64,000 bases of DNA from Candidatus Dormiibacterota bacterium (GTDB lineage Bacteria > Chloroflexota > Dormibacteria > Aeolococcales > Aeolococcaceae). Under the pieces are notes generated by a model. The model was not told the DNA's origin, ran no database searches, and saw only the letters and a list, made by a program, of their open reading frames with translations. This document shows, piece after piece, positions 59,087-64,000 of the stretch. Where the stretch lies: contig CAWBSL010000002.1 in NCBI GenBank assembly GCA_963791435.1, forward strand, positions 559,746 to 623,745. The letters are read 5' to 3'. Both the position numbers and the translations under genes were made by a program. The number at the start of each line of letters is the position of its first letter. The first letter of the stretch is position 1.

Positions 59087-60055
59087 ATGAGTCAGCTTCC
59101 ACCGCCTGAAGGGGATCAGGCGCCGGTCTATCAGTGGCTGCCGGACAACTCCGTCACCACCACCGGCGACAGCGCTTCCTGGCTGCCTCCTCCTCCACCG
59201 GCGCGTCCTGCGGGTCCGCAGCAGCACAGCCCAACGGCACCTCGCCAGCAGCGGCGCCGCCGCGAAGGAGCCGCGGGCGGCATCCTCGCCGGCCTCTTCG
59301 CCTTTTTGAAGTACGGCCTCTTTTTGGTCAAGTTCGGCACTTTCGGACCGACGCTCATCACGATGGTGATCGCGATCTGGTTCTACACGCTGTTCTTCGG
59401 ACCGGCCTTCGCGGTCGGCATCGTGGTGCTGATCCTGATCCACGAGCTCGGGCATTTCCTCGTGGCGCGATGGATGGGACTCCCGGCCCGTCTTCCGATC
59501 TTCATCGGCCCGCTCGGGGCGGTGACCAATCTGCGCCGTGCTCCCGCGGACGCAGGCAAGTCCGGGATCATCGCGCTCGCGGGTCCCGCGATCGGCACGG
59601 TCGCAGCACTGCTCTGCTTCATGCTCGCCGGCATCGCAGACGCCGGATACTTCCGCTATCTGCTCCTGGCGCTCGCGTATTTCGGCTGTTTCCTCAACCT
59701 GATCAACCTGATTCCCGTCGGCTTCCTCGACGGCGCCAAGGTTGCCGACGCGATTCCGAAGTGGATGAACGTTGTGGGATTGCTCGTCGTCGCGGGAGTC
59801 GTGCTGCTCTTCGGCAACCCGATCGGCATCATCTTTCTCATCCTCGGGATCTTCCACACCATCGGACGGTTCCGCCGTGCCAATCAGCAACCCAGCCCCG
59901 AACAGGCTGCCGCGTCGCGCCGTCTCGGTCTCGGCGCCGCGTACGTCGGCATCCTGCTGATTGCCGCAGCAGGGATGTCGGTCGCCAACACGGCGATCGT
60001 GAACAGCAACACCGTCCCCGGCGTCAACCAGAGCACCGGGACGACTGTTCTCTAA
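59087..60055 (+). CDS. M50 family (site-2 protease-like) zinc metalloprotease
   Basis: HELGH (IHELGHFLVARWMG) within a TM helix. NLIPVGFLDG motif. Pro-rich N-terminus. Confidence 0.8.
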   Translation: MSQLPPPEGDQAPVYQWLPDNSVTTTGDSASWLPPPPPARPAGPQQHSPTAPRQQRRRREGAAGGILAGLFAFLKYGLFLVKFGTFGPTLITMVIAIWFYTLFFGPAFAVGIVVLILIHELGHFLVARWMGLPARLPIFIGPLGAVTNLRRAPADAGKSGIIALAGPAIGTVAALLCFMLAGIADAGYFRYLLLALAYFGCFLNLINLIPVGFLDGAKVADAIPKWMNVVGLLVVAGVVLLFGNPIGIIFLILGIFHTIGRFRRANQQPSPEQAAASRRLGLGAAYVGILLIAAAGMSVANTAIVNSNTVPGVNQSTGTTVL

Positions 60056-60867
60056 GGCTTCGGCGTTGTGATTGCTGCGGGTGCCTCGCAGAGCGGGAAT
60101 GGAAATGCCAGCGAGTTGTACAGCGCCGCGAAAACGTCGAGCTGACTGCTGTTCTGATAGTTGAAACCGATCAGCACGGCGTGCGACGAATCGATCCTGA
60201 AGCGGACCTCGGCGTACAGCGGTTGCCGCGCGACCGGCAGTGGTGGCGGTGTTGCGCCGGTGGACGTTGCATTTTTCATGTAGTAGCTCAGCGCGCCGGT
60301 GTAGCCGCACACGAGAGCCGGTGATGAGCTCGATTGCGTATACCCGGGCAGGCCTTCGGCCCCGAACGACTTGAGACTGTTGGCAACCTCGAGCACGATG
60401 CTCTGCCCGGTTCCCTGCTGCGGAACGAACAGAGTCCCGAACGACTCGTTCTGAAAGCCCCAGTTCTGCGGATAGAGGGCGGTGAAGCCGTCAGCCTCCG
60501 CGAACGTGTTGAACGCGCCTTCGGCGGTGAGTGTCGGATCGGCGACGATCCAACCGCCGAGCGACTGGCCCTGAACGCGATACCAGCCTCCACCTCCGCT
60601 CTGATACTGGAGCACGGTGAACTGCCTCCCCTGCGAGAACCCGCCGACAACATTCGAGGACTCGAGCACCGGCGTCGAGTGAACCCGCAGTCCGAGCGGA
60701 CTGACAACGGTGCGCGTCGTGCCGACGATCTGCGGAGTCGGGCTGGGTGTGCTGATGGTGACGACGCTGGGCGTATTCGACGGCGGAGGCGAGGACGTCC
60801 CGGGAAGCGATCCGCAGGCGGTGAACAGCGCGACACAACCGAGCGCGACCGCGGCGACGGTCATCAC
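60052..60867 (-). CDS. Lipoprotein with an SH3b domain
   Basis: Lipobox LFTACGS. SH3b-like GLRVHSTPVLESSNVVGG..GWYRVQG..GWI. The ATG at 60867 is chosen. Confidence 0.55.
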   Translation of the reverse strand: MMTVAAVALGCVALFTACGSLPGTSSPPPSNTPSVVTISTPSPTPQIVGTTRTVVSPLGLRVHSTPVLESSNVVGGFSQGRQFTVLQYQSGGGGWYRVQGQSLGGWIVADPTLTAEGAFNTFAEADGFTALYPQNWGFQNESFGTLFVPQQGTGQSIVLEVANSLKSFGAEGLPGYTQSSSSPALVCGYTGALSYYMKNATSTGATPPPLPVARQPLYAEVRFRIDSSHAVLIGFNYQNSSQLDVFAALYNSLAFPFPLCEAPAAITTPKP

Positions 60868-60884
60868 CGGCGAGCCGGCTCGGG

Positions 60885-61820
60885 TCAGGCGGCGAGCACG
60901 TGCAGGCATCCCGCCACCGAAGCGGCGATTGCTCGAAGGTCGTAGCCGCCTTCGAGAAGCCACAAGGATCGTCCCTCGCACTGCGCCTCCGCGAGCGTGC
61001 GCACTCGGTCGGCGATCGCCGCGTACGTCTCATCCTCGAGCCGCAGTTCGGCAAGCGGGTCATCGCGATGCGCGTCGAATCCAGCGCTCACGATGACCAG
61101 GTCGGGGCCGAATGCGGTCACCTCGGGGATCACGATCTCGTCGAAGAGCTCGAGCCATCGGGTGCCGTCGGTCCCAGGCGGCACCGGGACGTTGACCGTC
61201 GTTCCCGACGCGCCGGGATCACCGCGGTCCGACGCGTGTCCCGTGCCCGGGTACCACGGGTACTGATGCAACGACGTGTACAGCACCGACGGGTCTGCAT
61301 AGAAGATGTCCTGGCTGCCGTTGCCGTGATGCACGTCGATGTCGACGATCGCCACGCGCGCGGCACCTGCCTGCTGAGCGATGCGAACCGCAATCGCTGC
61401 GTTGTTGAACAGGCAGAATCCCATGGGGAGGTTGGGTGTGGCGTGATGTCCGGGCGGCCGGATCACGGCGAACGATGAGCGGGTCTCGCCCTGCATCACC
61501 GCATCGGCAGCGCGTGCGGCGCACGATGCAGCATGCAGCGCCACGACGTACGACTCGGCGCTGCAGTACGTGTCGGGATCGAACCAGCCGCCCCCTTGTG
61601 CCGCGAGGCTCGCCACCCGCCGGACTTCGTCCTCTGAATGGACGAGCAGGGGCAGGTCACGCGTCGCTTCCGGTGCTTCGAGCCACGGCAAAGCGGCGAG
61701 GGCCGCGTCCGCGGCAATCTCGTCGAGGATCGCCCGCACTCTGTCCGGCCGCTCGGGATGACCGGCACTCGCATGCTGGTCCTGGTCGTCGTTGCGAACG
61801 AGTGCGACTGGGACGCTCAC
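60885..61820 (-). CDS. Histone deacetylase family protein (AcuC/acetylpolyamine amidohydrolase-like)
   Basis: ...IRPPGHHA...GFCLFNNAAIA...IVDIDVHHGNGSQDIF...SAGFDAH..DPL. Confidence 0.85.
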   Translation of the reverse strand: MSVPVALVRNDDQDQHASAGHPERPDRVRAILDEIAADAALAALPWLEAPEATRDLPLLVHSEDEVRRVASLAAQGGGWFDPDTYCSAESYVVALHAASCAARAADAVMQGETRSSFAVIRPPGHHATPNLPMGFCLFNNAAIAVRIAQQAGAARVAIVDIDVHHGNGSQDIFYADPSVLYTSLHQYPWYPGTGHASDRGDPGASGTTVNVPVPPGTDGTRWLELFDEIVIPEVTAFGPDLVIVSAGFDAHRDDPLAELRLEDETYAAIADRVRTLAEAQCEGRSLWLLEGGYDLRAIAASVAGCLHVLAA

Positions 61821-62605
61821 ACGTGTGCAACCGCGGCGCGGACTTCCTCGATACGCTCTCGGAGCTTTCGAGCCGCGCCGGCGGCGCCTTCCGGTGCTGC
61901 GGCGAGCCCGCGGCTCACCGGGATGATCACGCCCCGGCCGCGGGCGTCGAGCCCTGCGGCCACAGATTCCTCGAGCGCACCGCCCTGGGCTCCCACGCCA
62001 GGGAGCAGCAGCGGTGCGTCCGGCGCGGCGGACCTGACGGCGGCTACCGCCTCGGGCCTGGTCGCACCCACGACGAAACCCACGCTCCCACCGGGATCCC
62101 AGCTGAGGCCCAGCTCCACGATGCGGGTACTCACCGGCATGCCCGATTCCAGCCGGGCATCGAGCAGGTCGACGGCGCCAGGATTGCTGCTCCGCGCTAT
62201 CAGCAGCGCTCCGCGATCCGGCCGCTGCAGGAATGGCAACACCGAATCGCTGCCGAGGAGCGGATTGACGGTCACGACGTCGGCGCCGAGCACGTCGAAC
62301 AGCGCCCGCGCGTACGCCTCGGCGGTGTTGCCCATGTCCCCGCGCTTTGCATCGAGGATCAGGATGCGATCGAGCGGGATGTGCGCGCGAAGGCGCTCGA
62401 GGATCGCGTACCCGGCGGAGCCGAGTTGCTCGAAGAACGCCAGGTTCGGCTTGAAGGCGCAGACGTGCTCGAGGGTCTCATCCACCAGCTCGAGCACTCG
62501 GTGCTCGGCATCGGCGGCGCTCGAGAACCCGTCTGGATCGAGGCCGCAACAGAGGAGCGACCCGGACGCTTCGACGCACGCGTCCAGGCGTGCGACGAAT
62601 GTCAC
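61817..62605 (-). CDS. pyrF: Orotidine 5'-phosphate decarboxylase (type 2)
   Basis: LCCGLDPD...FKPNLAFFE...ILDAKRGDMGNTAEAY. GTG 62605 is chosen. 4-bp overlap with the HDAC gene. Confidence 0.82.
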   Translation of the reverse strand: MTFVARLDACVEASGSLLCCGLDPDGFSSAADAEHRVLELVDETLEHVCAFKPNLAFFEQLGSAGYAILERLRAHIPLDRILILDAKRGDMGNTAEAYARALFDVLGADVVTVNPLLGSDSVLPFLQRPDRGALLIARSSNPGAVDLLDARLESGMPVSTRIVELGLSWDPGGSVGFVVGATRPEAVAAVRSAAPDAPLLLPGVGAQGGALEESVAAGLDARGRGVIIPVSRGLAAAPEGAAGAARKLRERIEEVRAAVAHV

Positions 62606-62609
62606 GGCG

Positions 62610-62807
62610 CTACCAGACCTCCCTCGACGTGCTCGGTTGGATCGCACCCTGATCCGCGCGCGGGGAGTACGGCATCTCGATGCGGTCCTTGTACTTCGAC
62701 GCGCAGTGAGGACAGACGCGGGCCATCCTCCCATCGAGGATCACCGCGGCGAGACGGAAAATCGGTGTCTCCTCTCCGTCGCAGTCGCACCGGGCTGTCA
62801 CCGCCAT
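62610..62807 (-). CDS. Small hypothetical Zn-ribbon protein (CxC...CxxC)
   Basis: 65-aa ORF with Cys7/Cys9 and Cys32/Cys35. Tightly placed (gap under 5 bp) between the PH-domain gene and pyrF. Confidence 0.35.
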   Translation of the reverse strand: MAVTARCDCDGEETPIFRLAAVILDGRMARVCPHCASKYKDRIEMPYSPRADQGAIQPSTSREVW

Positions 62808-62837
62808 CAGTACTGCGATATTGCCACGGACGCGACG

Positions 62838-63980
62838 CTAACCGGCGGCCGGAACCGGCACGGGGGCCGCCGGGCGTGGTGGCGGCACCCGCCGCGAGAG
62901 CCGGGCGCGCTCGCTGACATGGCGCACCATCTCGAGCGCCTCGGCCTCGTCGCGGCAGCGCGCTGAGGCTTGCCAGCGACGCCCGGCCGTGTCGACATCG
63001 ACTGTCGCCACGTGAAAAGCGCGCTGGAGTGGCCCGGACTTGAGGCGCACGCTCTGCACCTTCACAAGCGGCACGATGATGGTCGACTTCTGCACGCGCC
63101 CGGTCCGGGCATACATGTATCGCTGCCCGAACCAGGCAGCCAGAAAATGGAAGGACAGCGGGGCCTTGAGGCGAGCTCGCAATGGCGGGCCTGCGTCCGG
63201 TGGTGGGTTCGGATGCGCGTCGGGCATGACACGCGCGAGCAGCCAGAGCGCCTGGTCGCGCGATGCCACCGGGATGAGCGTGCGGGCCACCTGCTGCGCG
63301 TCACGGTCGGCTTCCCGGGAAACGCTCTGACGGGCGACGTCGACCTCGAGACGGGCCCAGCCGAACACGCGCCAGAAGAAGGGCTCCACGACGCGGACAG
63401 CCTGAATCCGCCCGTAGGGGATCGTCTCGTGCCGCCGCTGCAGGAGGCCGCGGTCGAGCCGGACACCGTCGCCCGCCTCGCTGATGGTGAAGTCGAAGTC
63501 CTCGTTGAAAACACGCGCCACGCCGAGCCCGCTGATGACCAGGACGGTGACCGCGCTCCCGAGCGCGCCGGCCCCGACCAGCGGAGCGGCCGCGATTGCG
63601 GCGACGGCCGCGATGGCGATGAGAATCGGGGCCAGCACCTGCGATCGCATCAGCAGTGCCGGCAGCAGGAGGCCGTTCTGCACGTGGAGCAGCGGCAACG
63701 ACGGCGGCTCGGGCGTCCCCACCTCGAGTCCGTGGGCGAGTGCGAGCAGCCGGGCGCGCACCACCGGCGCCTGCGCGGCCGTGAGATAGGCGAGCCGCCC
63801 GTGCTCGGCGCCGCGACCGGCAGAGACGACGCGCACCTCGGCCAGGCCCAGAAATCGACCGGAGAGCGGAGAGATCACGTCGACGGCCTGGATTCGGGCA
63901 AGCGGGATCCGCAGCGACTGGCGGCGGATGAACCCGGTCTCGATCTGGAGATTTCCCTCGGCGATCCGCCATCTCGTCAC
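62838..63980 (-). CDS. Bacterial PH-domain (bPH_2, YdbT-like) membrane protein. May extend past the window end.
   Basis: Repeated bPH_2-like segments (IPLARIQAVDV..., IPYGRIQAVRVVEPFFWRVFGWARLEV) separated by a TM region. Confidence 0.6.
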   Translation of the reverse strand: MTRWRIAEGNLQIETGFIRRQSLRIPLARIQAVDVISPLSGRFLGLAEVRVVSAGRGAEHGRLAYLTAAQAPVVRARLLALAHGLEVGTPEPPSLPLLHVQNGLLLPALLMRSQVLAPILIAIAAVAAIAAAPLVGAGALGSAVTVLVISGLGVARVFNEDFDFTISEAGDGVRLDRGLLQRRHETIPYGRIQAVRVVEPFFWRVFGWARLEVDVARQSVSREADRDAQQVARTLIPVASRDQALWLLARVMPDAHPNPPPDAGPPLRARLKAPLSFHFLAAWFGQRYMYARTGRVQKSTIIVPLVKVQSVRLKSGPLQRAFHVATVDVDTAGRRWQASARCRDEAEALEMVRHVSERARLSRRVPPPRPAAPVPVPAAG

Positions 63981-64000
63981 CAGCCACGAGATGAACCCAC

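Noticed and set aside
1-64000. CRISPR arrays, rRNA and tRNA genes, IS elements
   Set aside because: No regularly spaced direct repeats were seen. No tRNA T-arm/acceptor signatures appear in intergenic regions. No transposase-like ORFs or terminal inverted repeats were found.

Overview
This 64 kb window has about 70% GC and is densely packed with housekeeping genes. Their order matches high-GC Gram-positive (Actinobacteria-type) synteny. From start to end the main blocks are:
- mpg (partial), then yebC-ruvCAB, queA-tgt and a fused secDF
- rimP-nusA-ylxR-infB-rbfA-nrnA-truB-ribF, then a DagK-like lipid kinase and rpsO-pnp-asd
- a family-4 UDG, rnj and ftsK
- yajQ, a cinA C-terminal domain gene, and recA-recX
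- an AKR, an MFS transporter, then rny-spoVS-miaB-mutS-mutL-miaA
- lexA

After lexA comes a more accessory stretch (about 40-64 kb) containing:
- a CtaG-like membrane protein
- a small LysM membrane protein preceded by a perfect LexA (Cheo-type) box
- a NUDIX hydrolase and a xerD-like recombinase
- an ANT(3'')/ANT(9)-like nucleotidyltransferase and a tandem-GNAT acetyltransferase, flanked by a 14-bp direct repeat
- a secreted GH25 lysozyme fused to a beta-propeller repeat domain
- a lower-GC DUF929-DsbB disulfide-formation pair
- a roughly 10 kb cluster holding three paralogous ATP-grasp ligases, a fourth GshB-like ATP-grasp, a GCS2 carboxylate-amine ligase, an S51 peptidase, two Fes-like esterases and proC
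- an M50 protease, an SH3b lipoprotein, an HDAC-family gene, pyrF, a small Zn-ribbon ORF and a PH-domain membrane protein (partial)

The ligase cluster is the best candidate for an undescribed small-peptide, thiol or amide-product biosynthetic system.

Four Cheo-type LexA boxes define a small SOS regulon: yebC-ruvCAB, recA, lexA and the LysM gene.

Six essential or conserved genes are interrupted by single-base insertions: secDF, nrnA, the dagK-like kinase, mutS and ATP-grasp B. That pattern most likely reflects indel errors in the assembly rather than pseudogenes.

I found no rRNA, tRNA or CRISPR array.
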